From positions 631,636-695,635 of the forward strand of contig NW_005434656.1 of assembly GCF_000315625.1 (NCBI RefSeq): a stretch of DNA of 64,000 bases. Reading direction: 5' to 3'. Below, piece by piece: positions 48,640 to 62,923 of the stretch; within the stretch, counting starts at the first letter, position 1, and the number at the start of each line of letters is the position of its first letter. The notes below the pieces were generated by a model. The model was not told where the DNA came from, did no database searches, and saw nothing but the letters and a program-made list of their open reading frames with translations. The DNA comes from Guillardia theta CCMP2712 (lineage: Eukaryota; Protista; Cryptophyta). Made by a program: the position numbers and the translations under genes.

Positions 48640-51600
48640 AAGCCAGAGAGAGGAAGCGAGCAAAGCGGGGAAGCGATGAATGTGCGAAAGGAGGAGGCGG
48701 AGGCATGGGTCAAAGGATAAAGTATAAAAGGTGTGTACAATGAGGAGAGCGCAGCATTGGCAAAGAGAAAGGAGTCGTCGTGATCGAATTCGGAGGAAAG
48801 TAGCCTCTGCAAGAGCAGTCAGTCATTCTGCTTTCTCCTCTTCCTCCTCCTCCTCCTCCTCATCATCATCATCATGCGCTCACCATTGCAACGCGCAGAC
48901 ATTCCTTGGCATGCAACTTGACCCGATCCGCATCCAGATGTTCCTGCGACCCCTCCTGCTCCTCCTCTTTCTCCTTCCTTTCTCCCTCATCCGCCTCTCT
49001 CCCCTCTTTGACTTCGCCCTCATCCTTCTTTCTTTTGGCCTCCGCTTCCACCTTCTCCTTCCGGTGCTGCTGCAAGTCTTGCTCAAGCTTCAGGATCCTA
49101 GACGACAACTTCAGGAGGAGAGTGGAAAGAGAAGCGGGGGAGGAGCAAATGGGGAGGTGCGAAAGGAAGAGAACTCTGCAAGCAGTGCAAAGAAGGAGGG
49201 CAAGACAGTAGTGGCAGGAGGGAGTTGGAGATAAGAAAGCTCACTGCTCCCCCTTCTTGCTTGCTTCAGCCTTCAACGCTTGATTTTCCTTCTCCAGGCT
49301 GCACCAAGAAATTCATTCAGACAAGATGAGACAGAGGGAAGGAAGAAGGGGGGCTAAGAAAGCGGGAAGGTTTGCATGCGGCAGGAATCAGGATGGAAGG
49401 AAAAGAACGAAGAAGAACGCGGAGATGATGACGAACCTTTCTATCTTCGTGCGCAGCTGATGCAACTCCTTCTTGAGTTGAACGTCCTTCTCCTCGCTCA
49501 AAGCGTTCCCTCCCTCTTTTCTTGCTTCCTTTCTCTCCTCTCGCTTCTCCCCTCCCCCTTCCACTTCCCTCTTTACTTCCTTCCCCTTCGCTGCGGATGG
49601 CGATGCCTTGCCCCCCTTCCCTTGCTCCGGCTGTGCATCCGTCGATCGTCTTCCTGTTTGAGACAGCACACTGCTCCTACTGGACGCCAGCTCTCGCGAA
49701 GTATCGTTCATCTTGGGCCGAGCTGAGAGGATTTTTGATTCCTCCTCCTCCTTCTGCAGTCGTTTTTCCTGACAGACAGCTTTCAGCCTTCTCTGCCTCT
49801 TCAAGGACTGGGGGACCTCCAGCGCCGCTTTCTTCTTCTCCAGGTACTTCATTGACCTCTCGAAGAAGTTCTCTCCCTCTCCTCCAGCCGACTTCGGTCG
49901 CGAGCTGAAGAGCTACAGTCACCCTCTCCCTCCCATGTCTGGCGCCTTGCAGTGCACACCTCTTCCTGTCCGCTCCTCCCCTTCCCCTTGCCGAATTGAC
50001 CTGCAAGGAGGGTAAGGCGGCAAGAATGCAGGTCAGGAAACTTGCCATGAGCTCTTCCTCCCTCCTTCTCGCCTCCTCCTCCATCAGTTTCGCCCGTGCT
50101 CTCTTTGCCTCCACGTCGATGCCTGACAGGCGCGTAATGACGTCTCCTTGTGAGGTCTGGCGAAACGTCACCGCAACCTTCTCATGTTCCTGCCCACTCA
50201 CTCGTTCCTCGCCATCTCCTCCGTCCTCCTCCTGCTCTTCGTGTCGATCCGCGTCTCCACCTGTCGCCGATGGTTACCTCTGGTCGCAGCGATGAAGAAG
50301 AGGACAAGAGAGGTCGCCTCTTCCAAGCTCAGCTGCTCCTTCAGCTGGTGGATTTTGCTCCACTTGACATCCAAGTCCACCTTTGACAGGCGGGTGATGA
50401 CGTCACCTTGCTCGGACTGCGAGGAACCTTTAGACGGTGAAGGAGAAGGGAAGGGGAGGAGGAGAACGAGATGGATCAAGGGAGCTACGGCATGGGAAGA
50501 AGTTAGAGGCAGGAGGAAGGAGCTGTGGATGAGGAGAGCACAAAGGTATATCCCGACCCCTCGTACCCGTCTCATCGCGAGCTCCTTGCTCTTGGGCAGC
50601 ACACTCACCCCCTGACGTAAAGCATTGTCACGAACTCGCAAGGAGGGAGCAAGAGAAGCGGACCGGAGAAGAGGAGAGCAGCGACTCCTGACCGCTCTTC
50701 ATCTCCTGCAGCTTCTTTTTCTTCTTCTCCACATCCACAGCAGATAGCCTGGTGAAGACATCTCCCTCGGCTACGCGCCTGTTTGACAGCTCCTCGCTCC
50801 TCCGGTTGATCGAAAAGCTCTGTGGACATGTAAGAGCGTGAAAGAGAGGACGAGGATGAGGTTGAAAGGACGGTGAAAGAGGGGACAGAGTAAAAGCAAG
50901 GAATTGGAGGAGAGGGCCGAGAAGACAGGATGTCAGGACGAGCGTCTAGCGCAACCAGCAGGCAATGGGTCGCAGTAAGGAAAGGGAAAAGGGGCAATTA
51001 GCTGCATCGATCTCTTCCATTCACCTGAATCATTTTGGCGTTCTTCTCTTCCATCTCAGCCTCAAGCTTTCTGCTTGCAAGCTCATGAGCTGGACAGAAA
51101 ATTCGTTCTCACCTCAACTCCTCCTGATGTTTTCTTGCAGCTTCCTGTCGAAGGTTTTCATCAGCTCATCGTCCTTTTCCTCCTCCAGCTGTTCCTCACC
51201 ACAGACATCCTTTGTATGATCTCAGCTTGCCGATCTGCTGAAATCTTTCGAGCTGATTAGGTGAAATTGAGGGGCAGCAGGAAGAAATAGATGATTCAAA
51301 AGGCGGAGGATGACAAGAAGGAAGCAGAAGAAGAGGATGAGGACGAGGAGGGAGACGAGTAGGAAACGATACCTTGATTCCAGGGGAATGGTTAATATTC
51401 TCCTGATTTTCTTCGCCCTTGGGCTTGTCAATGAAGTAGAGTGGTTTACGCTCCCTGCCCTCTGCCATCTGCAACGACTTGGGGTTGAGGGCAGGAGAAA
51501 AAGTGCACTTCTCCTCCCTCTCCTTCTGCTCTCTCTGCATCCGCGCGATCATGACGGAATCATTCGGCTCCTCTTCCGCCTGTGCGTTCGCTCCGCTCCT

Positions 51601-52620
51601 CGTCTCGTTCCTGCTGCCGCTGCTCGAGGCCACACTCCCTCTCTCGCTTGTCGTCCTCTTCCTCTCCTCGCCCCCTTCTTGTGACTTGTCATCCCAGAGA
51701 CAGCATCTGACAGCCACTCACTCACCTTCACCCTCCTCGCACTCCGAGCTTTTCTTCTCTGTCTCCGTCATGGGCTCTTTCTTCTCTCCAGCTCCATTCG
51801 AATGGCTGCCATCGGGTGCATCCGTCGCCTGTGCATGATCCTTGTGCTCGTTGTTGATACCGTCCACAGCATCAACTATGAGCGAGCACCCTCAGTTTGT
51901 TTTTCTGCAAGCGGCAGGTCGAGGTTCAAGGCTCACCTTCGTTGCTCGTCCCATGCTTCCTCCCTTTCTCGTGCTTCTGCTTCCCGCTGCCTACTACTCC
52001 CTTGATGAACGGAGGTGTCTCTCCACCGTCGGGCTTCACCAGCCCGCGAATTTTCCGCTGCTTCTGCTCCACCTTGACGGGCTCGGGATGTTTGTTCTCT
52101 GAAGTGACATCAGATTCTGACTCGGAACTTCCTCCCCTGCAATCTTCTTCTCACCCTCGGGAACAGATGGCGAGGATGCACAGATTGCATCTTGATTTGG
52201 CTTCACCAGACCCTTGATGCTTCTTGTCGGCCTTACCGTGTCTACTTCCGTTGCTGCTGACGAGTCTTCCTCTGCTACGCCCAGGCCTGGAAAATCCTGC
52301 TCTTCTTCCGCATCTGCGAGATAACGTATCAGTCCGTGCAAAACACTCTTTCGAAGAAGCAACCATCCTGCTGACATCGTTCATCTTTGTTGGTCTCAGG
52401 TTCTGTCTCGTTCTCGTTCATTACTACTTGACGTTCCAAGGTGATTGCCCGGCACCTGACGGTCGAGTAGGTTAACAATAGTGTGCCATATCATATTCCT
52501 CGCGTTCACTTCACAAATGGTTTTGAATAGTGAGTAAGTACGCAGGTTGTGGTATGCGCGAGGAGTCAATGGATGACAAAAGAGGACGAAGGAGATAAGA
52601 CAAGAATCCATTCTAGGTGC
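48640..52620 (-). CDS. Hypothetical charged/coiled-coil protein with TF-x-P-x-[IL]N-type repeats, multi-exon
   Basis: Exons EKCTFSPALNPKSLQMA, NINHSPGIK, SARPKMNDTSRELA and duplicated QGDVITRLS; boundaries uncertain. Confidence 0.5.
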
Positions 52621-52807
52621 ATGGATATCAAAGTCATTCTTTCAGTTCTTTCTGAACAGGGAAAGCAATCTGTCACAACGACTTGTTGAAGCCAACAATT
52701 GTTGCAAAAGCTCTGTGACGGATATCTCATAGGTAGAATGTCAAAAGGAAGACATTAAAGAGGCAGGGGGCAGGAGGGAGGAGGTGTGGAGGAGGTCGGA
52801 GACCAGG

Positions 52808-52945
52808 TGAGGAGGAAGAGGAGGAGGAGGAGGAGGAGGAGGAGGAGGAGGAGGAGGATGGTGATGGTGGTGATGGTGGTGGTGGTGGTGGTGGTGGTGG
52901 TGGTGGTGGTGGTGATGATGATGATGGGGAAGAGGAGGAGGACGA
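52808..52945. repeat. (GGA)n/(GGT)n microsatellite
   Basis: Direct reading. Confidence 0.9.
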
Positions 52946-53607
52946 GGTGTTGGTGGCCGAGGGTGGGGCGGGGCTTGACGGCGGGAGGGGCACAACGCTG
53001 GGGAAATGTTCGGAAAATCGCATAGGCGCAGACAGACGATGACAACAATGGGTGGTAGGGTACTCAAAGTAGACAAAGGGGTGGGTTCAATGAAGAGGGT
53101 GGGGGTACTAGTATTACTACCAGAAAATAAATCTACATGATACCACCACATCATTAGTTGACATTCAACAGAGGGGTGGGCATGAAACATTGCCGTTTTT
53201 GGGAGGTGGGGTGGTTGTACGAGTTTATTCAAATCCAATTTGAGTAAACATTTTGTGGAGGACGAAAGGGGGTGAGGGGTGGTATCACTCATCTCATGAC
53301 CCTACCTGGTCATTTGACAGGCAAAGGTATCGGACCCTGATTTCAAATTCACCCCCCTACCCCCAAGATCCTTTCACCACCCTGGCTGGTGAGCTCCCAC
53401 CCCTAACTTCACCCTACCCCCCTTGCTGTAACTGAACGCAGGGCTTTCATCCCCCACCCACCCTCACCTGAACCAAGGTCAATACCCCTACGCTCTTTAC
53501 CCTATGCTTCTCCTGGCGCAAATCGTACCCACCCCCAAATGTAATAATGCATGGACGGCTCCGGACTCCCGCTACATGGCAAGAACAGAAGCTGGAACGG
53601 CAGCGAG

Positions 53608-53985
<378 letters not shown>

Positions 53986-54230
53986 GTGTTCAAAGATCGG
54001 CTACCTTCAAATATCCTTTTCTTGTCACTCGTGCTTGTGCTCTGTTCATCACCGAGGCCTCCGATCCTTGCTCCTCATTTCTCGCCATCCCTTTTCTTGT
54101 ATCTGCTCACTCTGCTGGAGGTTTGATCATGATCGCACCCGCGTCCTCCTGCTATGGGACTTACAAGTGACAGCTGCCTGACTCATTCTTGGAGCAGCCA
54201 TGGTGTATCAAGGAAGCGGAGGAAGATGAC

Positions 54231-55946
54231 ATGATCGACACATCTCCATCCTTGAGGAACGGTTGGCAAGACGTTACTTTCCATGATGGCTCAGTCTATC
54301 ATGGGGAGTGGCGAGAAGGCCAGAGATCAGGGCAGGGAAAGCAGACGTATGCGTTGACCGGTAACAGGTCAGTGATCTCCCTAGCTTACTTGCTGAGCAA
54401 TGCGAACGTTCTTCTACCCCTGCTATTGGTTCACCTGTCCCCTCATCAGGGCAAGAGCTGTCCATGATTTCTCGGCAGGTACGAAGGGACCTGGAAAGAT
54501 GGCAGATGGGATGGGCCAGGGAGGCTTTTCTTAGCTAACGGGTTATCGATGAGGAGGGAGGAGGTTCGAATGACAAGAGCGCGCAGCTCGAGCTACTCGG
54601 GGGAATGGAAAGCCGGACGAAGGCACGGGAGAGGCATCGAAGTGTGCAGCCTGCTGATGAGCACGTAGCGCAAACGTTAGATGTTGCGGTTGTGAACTGC
54701 AGCCTCAGGTACACCGGAGACTTTCGGGAGGATAGAAGGAACGGGGAAGGGATCCTGGAGGAGCGAGGGAAGACTTTCCATGTGCGATACGATGAGGACG
54801 GTGAGCATCATTGTGACAGATGGACAATTATTGATCTTTTCTCCCTTTGCGCGGCTTGCAGGTGTTGAGGTCTGGAGGAAGCCGTTTGCGGCCTTGGAGC
54901 CGGTCTACCCTGGTAGGCAGCGAACTCGTCGCCCTCCCTTGTCTTGAGCGATGTGTTGACATGCCTTGAAAGACATGCTGTGGTTGCCGCCCGATCAGCC
55001 CAGGTTTACCCCCAAGAGAGTCGACTTCTCCGGCCTCCTTGACAGCCTGTGCTCCCCCCGAAATCGCTCGAGGGCGGCGGGTCATGTGCAAGCGATGGAC
55101 AAGGATCAGCTGGACTTGTGCTCAGACCTTGACGGGAGTGTTGCAAACGGGCAATCGGACGGGCAGTCAATCGGTCCACTGGACCAGCTGTTATCTTTTA
55201 CCAACAAGCCTCAAGAAGGAATCTCAGTCATACCCAACAGGGACACGCTCACTGAGTCGGAAATATCGATCAGGGACGGGACAAACCAGAACGCGGTCAT
55301 CAAGGCTACTCTTGTCTTTGGCAAGTTCGATCAGATCTCGCAGAACTTTCCCAATTCTCGTAAGGTCGGAGAAACACACATCTTGCTCTCTTACTCCGCT
55401 TCCTTCTGAACCCCTACCCTCATAGTTTTTCACCCTAACATCTCGACGTTTATCCAGCCCTCAAACCAAGAGGTTCCTGTCATCATGGAGATGGACAAGA
55501 ATTCCTGGATCAAGATACAGCGAGAGAACGGAAGTTTCTCTGACAGGCAACTCCATCAATCAACACAGCATGCGGCGTCTTTCCATCTCACCTGCTCTTG
55601 CAGGCAATCGAACACTGAGGGCAGCCTGAAGGGATCTCCACCCAGCGAGATCCAAGTGCCGCGACTCTCTACCTCCCCCATCTTCCCCCGAGTTCTGTAT
55701 GTTGCTGACGCACACGCTCTGGGTGTTGTGACGCCCCTTGATAGGCAATGGCAAGAGACGGCAGAGTCAGAGTCGTCCTCCTCCACCCCGAAGCATCTCA
55801 AGCACATCTCTCTCAACCCTACCCCCAGCCCTCTCTGCTCCTCCCTGCTAGCGAGTATGGCCCTGATCCTTGCTGCTAGATCTGTCGCTGACGCTGCTGC
55901 AGAGTTTGAAGACTGCAGCCGTAGGAAGACGCCAATAAGGAGCTAA
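54231..55946 (+). CDS. MORN-repeat protein
   Basis: YHGEWREGQRSGQG, YEGTWKDGRWDGPG, YSGEWKAGRRHGRG, YTGDFREDRRNGEG across short exons. Confidence 0.8.
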
Positions 55947-56325
55947 CCGACTCCACGACATGCGTCACGGGTACTGCAGCTTTGCAACCGAACGGTGCCT
56001 GCAGCACCATTGCCACCGGTCTGTTTGTCGGCGAAGTCTTATCTACATGTTTCGAACTTTCGAATCTTCAAGTTCTCTTCCTCTTGCTCTGTTCATTCAA
56101 AAACTTGAATTGAACGAATGCCTCGCTATCATTGAACTGCCATGCGACTGCTGCTGCGAGCCTGACCCTGAAACCTAGCATGAAATGCTGCCCACCGTGC
56201 CAAGCCTTGTCTGCTTTGGTTGGTAGATCTCTTCAAAAACTTCGTCGTTCTGTTCTTCACGTATCGCTCTGAACCGTCCAATATTAGCTCTCAATTCTCT
56301 TTGTATGGTAGTTTCCGGAGATTTT

Positions 56326-56447
56326 CATCACTGCTCTACTTGTACTCTACTGAAGTATAGCTATCACTCTACTGCATCACTCCTCAACTTGTACTCTACT
56401 GAAGTATACCTACCACTCTACTGCATCACTCCTCTACGTGTACTCTA
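56326..56447. repeat. ~49-bp tandem repeat, ~2.5 copies (CATCACT..CTACTTGTACTCTACTGAAGTATA...)
   Basis: Direct reading. Confidence 0.8.
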
Positions 56448-57240
56448 GACGGTGCCATGGGGCAATGTGTATGAGGCACAGGAGCGAGCCACAGAGGAAC
56501 GAAGTACTCCCAAGCACACGATGAGTCAACCCGAATCATCTAGAAGATTTATCTAATGCGTCCGCAGGGTGACCAGGGCGTCTTATCAGCAGCAAAAAGG
56601 AAGCTCCGCTAAGACTAACGATTTCTCCTATCGTCGGTGTTCATGGAGAACAGGCTCAAGGTCTTTCAGAGATGTCAAGGATTACAAGCTGCATTCAAGA
56701 ACAGTTTTCATCTCGCCCATGGATTCATTTGAAGAGCACAACTTGTTCATGCAGATTTCATTCCCCTCAAATCGCCTGCAGCAAGGAGACTTCCGAAACA
56801 AAACATGACAATGTATCTGAATTCTTTTCACTGTTTTATTTTTTGTTGAATTCGAACAAGAATAAGATATACATGTTGTCTCAACGGCGGCGTCTGCCTT
56901 TCTTGACCTGTTATGTGTCGGTTGTGGGGTTTCTGGAATAAGTAGATTGTGCAAAGACTGCTTCGGATCAAGTATCCTCCCGGGTGGAGTCGAGGAGGGT
57001 CGGAGAAAGCAGATTGCATCAAGCAAGGATGCCAATTCGTGTTTTATTGCAGTTTCATTTTTGCAAAATGGTTTGTAAGTTGAAATATAATACAGTTGAT
57101 TTCGCAGCATGCTGCCGAGTTCAACAAAAACGTATCGGGCGCAAGCCCCTAACTATTTCCTTAAATCCTATTTGTACATTGAAACGATTTCCAGGATTGA
57201 AATAAAAAACAAAAGAAACCAAAACAGAAGAGTAGTCGCG

Positions 57241-57775
57241 CTACTCGCCTTTCTCAAGAAATGGATCGTGCACATACCAGTCCACCCATTCCAGATCCAG
57301 CCCGGAGAATGGATTGATTTCTGATTCGGGCTCAATCGGCTGATTGTCATTCAACTCCTCGAACAAATTGGAAGAGAAGTCGAGTATGTTAATCTGTTCA
57401 GATTGTGAGGCAGTGGAACTTGGTTGCGACTCGATTTGAGGCTGAACCGAGCATGCCTGTTCCTTTGGCTGAACTTTCTCTGCCTGGAGCGGTTCGTTGC
57501 TGGGCTCGCGCTTACGGATAACAAATCGAGGACGAGTGCGTGAATACGGCCACTTTGAAACTCCAACTCGCCGGCAAGCTTTCTTCAGGGATGTCAGAGA
57601 GATGCCCTGTTCGAAACAAATCAGCAAAATCTTTCGAAAGTGAGGTGATCAGTACCAGGAATTCAGCGGCCTCGATTTGTCTCAGATGAAAGAGACTCAC
57701 AATGTCATTGTATGTGAGTGAGACTGCACTCATCATATTGTGCGAATCCGCCATGAGCTCGTAAGTAGAAGACAT
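57241..57775 (-). CDS. Small RWP-RK domain transcription factor (one intron)
   Basis: LTYNDIVSLFHLRQIEAAEFL|GISLTSLKKACRRVGVSKWPYSR; tail LDLEWVDWYVHDPFLEKGE*. Confidence 0.9.
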
Positions 57776-59065
57776 GAGATTTCAATCGAGTTTGCTGTTG
57801 TGCGCGAAAAGTGTTTGAAAAACAACGAAGGTTCTTGGACAGGTCGTCGATGATCAGAATTCAATTGTCTTTGCTCACGATGATCCGTTCACTGAGGTCG
57901 CTCCTTTCTTCACTCTCTCGTTGTCGTGCAGCTTCTTGCTCCCGTCTCCTTCCTCCTCCCTCTTCACATGCCCGACAACGTCCCCCCAACATACCCTTGA
58001 GTTAGAGCTACACACCTGACCACCCCTTTTGCCTTTCCGTCATCCGTCTGTACAATTACACTACCCCATCATTTGTCCACTCAATATGGGGTACTATCAC
58101 CCATCCCCATGGACCCTACCCCACATATGGGTGTACGTGTGGGCGTATCTTCCTTCCCCTACATACCTGGGGTAGGGTGAGGTCATAGGGAGGTCCCTAA
58201 AGGTGACGTATTCGTGGATCCAGACGCTGGAGCAGCGAAACCACGTGGTTTCGCACTTTTACGATGAGCCTGCATCGAAGCGACGCGTGGATACGATATG
58301 ACGAAAAAAAACGATCTTTTTTTGGTAGTGGCTGGTACATTAGGCCTGTCAATCACCCACAGATTTGTACGAATGTTACCACACAGCCTGTGTCATCAGT
58401 GTTGGCTGCATAAGGTGCAACTTGGGTCCTAGGAGGGCAACCCTGCTAGGACCCATTACGGTGCCGTGATTGTCAGCGCATGGGGGATGACCGACCGTAC
58501 AAGACATGGCCCGGTGTTAGCATGGGGAACCCAACAGGTCTCATTTCATAGCCCAGGGGTCTGGCGAGGGCCGGGCCCGGAGGAGTCCGGAGCGAGGCTC
58601 GGGGCGGCGGGTAGCCCGGGCGACCGACCGAGGCTCAAGTTTGGGGGACAGCAGTCGGCAGGATTGGGGTTGGTTCTCGCTGTCTTTTCTCTTCTCGCGG
58701 ACTGACGGGTCACCCCGGTGACTGTCGCACAAGCCAAACGAGAGTCACAATTCCGAGTCTATGGCCCGGGCTACTAGTGACTTGGCAAGTTGCAGGGGGC
58801 CGCCCGGCGCGGCCGGGCGCGGCCTGGCACAGTGACTGCTCTGAGTGCGCGGCGCGGCGGCGCGGCGGGCGTAGTAGAGTCCGAGTACTGAGTCCCTGGG
58901 CCGGCGAGTCACGGCCCGAATTTTCGCGGTCAGGGCCGCGGTGCGCAGCCTCGCCGGGACTCACAGAGTCATTCGGATCGCGCTCTCAGTGCCGCGCTAG
59001 CCGCTGAGCCTTCTGAGAGTCTGGCATCATGGCGCGGCACTGCGCAGCCGGACCTGAGCCGCCAA

Positions 59066-61320
59066 TCAATTGCCAAGGTTTTCATGAAATGGCCAAAATC
59101 TGCTGACTAGCAGGCACGTGATGACCATGTGTAGCATGTTCAAGGGGATTCCTATCCTCATGAAGTCGATGTACTTGTACCCGCCTGGACCCCAGACCAT
59201 CATCTGCCAAGGATGTTACTTCCGTTGTGAGATACATCTCACTCTGACAGATCAGAAGCAGACTCACATTTGTCTGATATCCGATCGGGGTGATGAAGCT
59301 GGAAGATGCTGCTGCCATGATCGTAAACATGTAGGGCTTGTAAGAGACTCCCAACTTGGCCGCCAGATCGATAACCAGGGGGAAGATGAGGCCGGCAGCC
59401 GCGTTGTTAGTTGTGATCTCCGTCATGACGGTGGTGATACCGTAGATCATGAACAGACTGCCCATGGGGTTGACCCCTGTGTTGCGAAGAGCAGATCCCA
59501 AGATATCTGCCAACCCCGAGGTAGTGATGGACCTGCTGATGCCCAGCATGGAGCCTATGAGGAGCATCAGGTCCCAGGAAACATACCCCACAGCCTTTTT
59601 AGCATCGATCCACCCTCCTGCTATGAGCACAGCGGCCGCTGTCATCGCTGACTTCACCATGTCAACTTTCCCGTTGCCCGCGACCACCCATGCCACCATC
59701 CCACAGAACACGAGGACAGGAAAGTAATCGTAAGCCTTTGGAGGCTTTGGCACGGCACCAAGAGCCGTGATCATGAGGAAATCGTCAGAGTCTGCCCATT
59801 TCTCTCCGAACTCAGCGTGCGCAAGCGCAAGGATCACGTCTCCAGCATGCAGCCTGCTGTGCGAGACTTCAATGGGCTTCACAAAATTGCCTCCATTCTC
59901 CTCGTCCAGCTGATCGTCGGGATCAAAGTTGGCCGCATCAAGAGGCAGGCTACACTCTCTCTCGTACTCGATTTCCCCGTACATTCGCCTCCGATTCTCA
60001 ATGCTGTTCTTCCCTGCGTCTTGGGCCGGCTGAGGGTTTACAACAGTTGAAACAGGCTCACTGGACCTTCCTTTTTGCCTCAGAGCAAGCAAACTGCAGC
60101 CGTAAAACTGGCCGAAGCTCGATTGAGCCACAACGTCTCCAACAAAAGCGTTCTTGTTGCTCAACACGACCTCGAAGAATTGGATACCATCCTGAGCCAA
60201 CTCTGGTACGTCGCTATTGAGAATGTTCAAGTTCTTTGCAGCTGCAGCTGAGTGCAGTGCCATCATTGTAGTGCGCCCTCCACTGAGAAAGAGAGTGTCT
60301 CCTACCTGTAGCAGCTCATGGGATGGCACAGGGTAGATGTCGACGTATCCCACACGCGCGTTCGCTCTTAGAGTTGGGGTGACCTCTACGTCTGCACCTA
60401 AGTTCGACTCTGATTTGATCTCATCAGAGTTGGTGAATGTGTTGCTCCCACTGCTGTCTACTGACTGTAGCTTCCTTCTGATCTTGATCAGAACGTCTCT
60501 ATGAAGCCCCAGATCCGACAGCGCCTTGTCGATGGGTTGACCAATGTAGGCAAAGTTCTCGGGGAGGGTTACTTCAGTGATCAGTTCCTTGTTTTTGTCT
60601 TTCATGTACCGAAACATTCCGCCAGTTCTAGGAAGCAGCGCGGGTCCGACGAGCACGAGGTACAGGACTCCCATCACACCAGCTGGAAGGCCGATATAAG
60701 CCGTCTCGAAGAAGCTTGGAATGTAAAGCTTCGCGTCCTCAGCCAGCGCCACTACCACCAGGTTGGTGGAAGTCCCGATGATTGTCAGCAAACCACCCAG
60801 AATCGTGCTGAAACTCAAAGGGATCAGAAATAGCGATGGAGGAAATCCTCGCATGCGGGCCCAGTCTCTGGTGATCGGCGTCAGCAACGCGACTACTGGC
60901 GTGTTGTTCAAGAAAGCGGAGATCACGAAACATAGTGTACAGAGCCGAAACAATCCCGATCGAATACCTTTTGAAACAAAAAACTCAGCTTTCAATGCAT
61001 AAATAGAAATCATTGCATAGAAGGTTCGAAAGCAACATCTCACCTGTCTTCATGCCAAAAACGTTGCGAGCGGCCCATGGCGCCAGCTGGGTGCGTTCGA
61101 TTGCTTGTACAACCACGAACAAGACACCGATGGCAAGAACACCCGAGTTTGAAAATCCAGCCAGAGCTTCCTGTGTTGTGATGATGCCACTATTCCAGAT
61201 GATGCACATACACATGAATGCTACTGTCTCTGGTGTCTTCACTCCCGAGACCAGGAGAACGAACAGGACAAAAATCATGACGGCAACAAACCACGGTTGC
61301 CACGAATTGACTGATGCCAT
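59066..61320 (-). CDS. SLC13/CitMHS Na+/sulfate symporter with TrkA-C-like inserts (algal SLT/SAC1 type)
   Basis: ALAGFSNSGVLAI, SAFLNNTPVVA, LIPLSF...GGLLTIIGTSTNLVV, TEITTNNAAA, SFITPIGYQTN|..WGPGGYKYIDF..IGIP. Confidence 0.92.
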
Positions 61321-62923
61321 GCTTGCCAGGTTGATCCAAGTATTCAGCAACAATCCGATATGAACCTAACTGCACTCGACTCCTCCGTTTCTCCACCTAG
61401 CTACTGCGTGCCGAACTACTCCTCAATGCTGTTCCCGACTCTTTGGTTGCAGTCGAGCTCCCTTGATCCTACTGATACATCGGCTGCTGCAGTCTATGCA
61501 CTCACTTTGGAATTCATCGTGATCTGTTCATTCTCCATCCTACTTCTCCCCTCTCCGCTCCGCTGCTCTCCTCTCTCCGCTTGCCTGCGCCATCCTGCGC
61601 TCATCGTTGCCTCCCCGATGAGCCTTGTAGTCAATAATCTTGCCAGATCCTACAACACCCCACCCCTATTCCCCTGCATCACTTTCCGCTTTCAGACCCC
61701 CCACCTACAAGGAGATCCTACCAAGGAACTTGACTACTTGAACCATATTTGACTACAAATGCTCTACAGGTCTCACCCACCCAACCCCCAGTACCATATG
61801 TTTTAGAGTAACCCCCACCACACCACTCAACACCCACTACCCACCCTTTCCTCACAACTCCACGACATTTGCCCAACTCTCAGGGGTACCCAGCCCTTCA
61901 TGCTTCCCTGGGAACCATCGCAGCTCCCCACAATACAAAAAGACACCTTACCCCTCCTTATCCCTGTCATAGTACCCCTAGTAGTCCCTTGCAATGCCTT
62001 TCTTTTTTCGAGACCACCCCCTGTCTCACTCTCATCAAGGACCCCTGCAATCCCCCATTTTCAACCCCCCCTTCATAACGGGTTTGGACGGGTACCTGTG
62101 AGGCTCAGGGGGGGCTTTGGTTTTCTCAATGGAGGCCGACCAAATTGAACGTTACAAACCGTTATTGCATGAAAAGGGCATGCTTCCGTTACTCAGTATC
62201 TGTGGTTCTAACGGTTTTATGGTGCAGGTACAGAGGTGAAGTTGTCTCACCATTTGTTATAAATATTTGAAATTTTACCCTGAATTTTCAAATTTACTCC
62301 AGATTGTCATATTGTTCCCCTACCCTACCCCCATCTGCCTGGTGAAAGAATAGCCTAGTGCCGTTTACAGTCCTTGGACCCCAGATATACATGTAAAGTA
62401 CCCCACCGATGGTACACAGTACCTACCACCTCACCCAGCGGCCGCGCATAAAGCGCTCGTGATGGCAGGGGGCGCAGCTTGTGGAAAATGCAGAGCCGAG
62501 CGAGTATTCGAAGCGTTTCCGTGCTGTAACTTCGAAAGTCGATGCTATGATGCACAGGAAATGAGATTGTGTGTGAGATAGAGAGTGAGATATGATAGTT
62601 GAGGAGTCATGAGGAACCAGGAGTGGTCTCCAGATTGAAGTTTGTTCTGTACCTCGCAGCTATGAACCATGCCGCAAATACAACGGTGGTGCTAACTGCG
62701 TTGTTTCTGTTTTATGTCGTTGTCTGAGATATGTCAAAACCTAAATAGTCGGGAGAATTCTATCAGTGGGCAAAAATGTCGAATGCACTAAAGTATTACT
62801 ACGACCTTTGTCGTTAACAACAAAGAAATCTTCAAATTGATGGTCAATTATCGCTCCAGTGCAAATCATGACGATTTCTGACACCATTCCTGCAGTTACG
62901 CGTCGTTGCCTCTTCCTGCCATC

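Noticed and set aside
52727-53292. Poly-His, poly-Pro and poly-Thr ORFs
   Set aside because: Trinucleotide microsatellite in intergenic DNA; no coding context.
56326-56447. CRISPR-like appearance of the 49-bp repeat
   Set aside because: Contiguous tandem copies with no unique spacers, no cas genes, eukaryotic context.
55950-57230. Possible pseudogene between the MORN and RWP-RK genes
   Set aside because: Only short ORFs with no recognisable motif; cannot be supported without a search.
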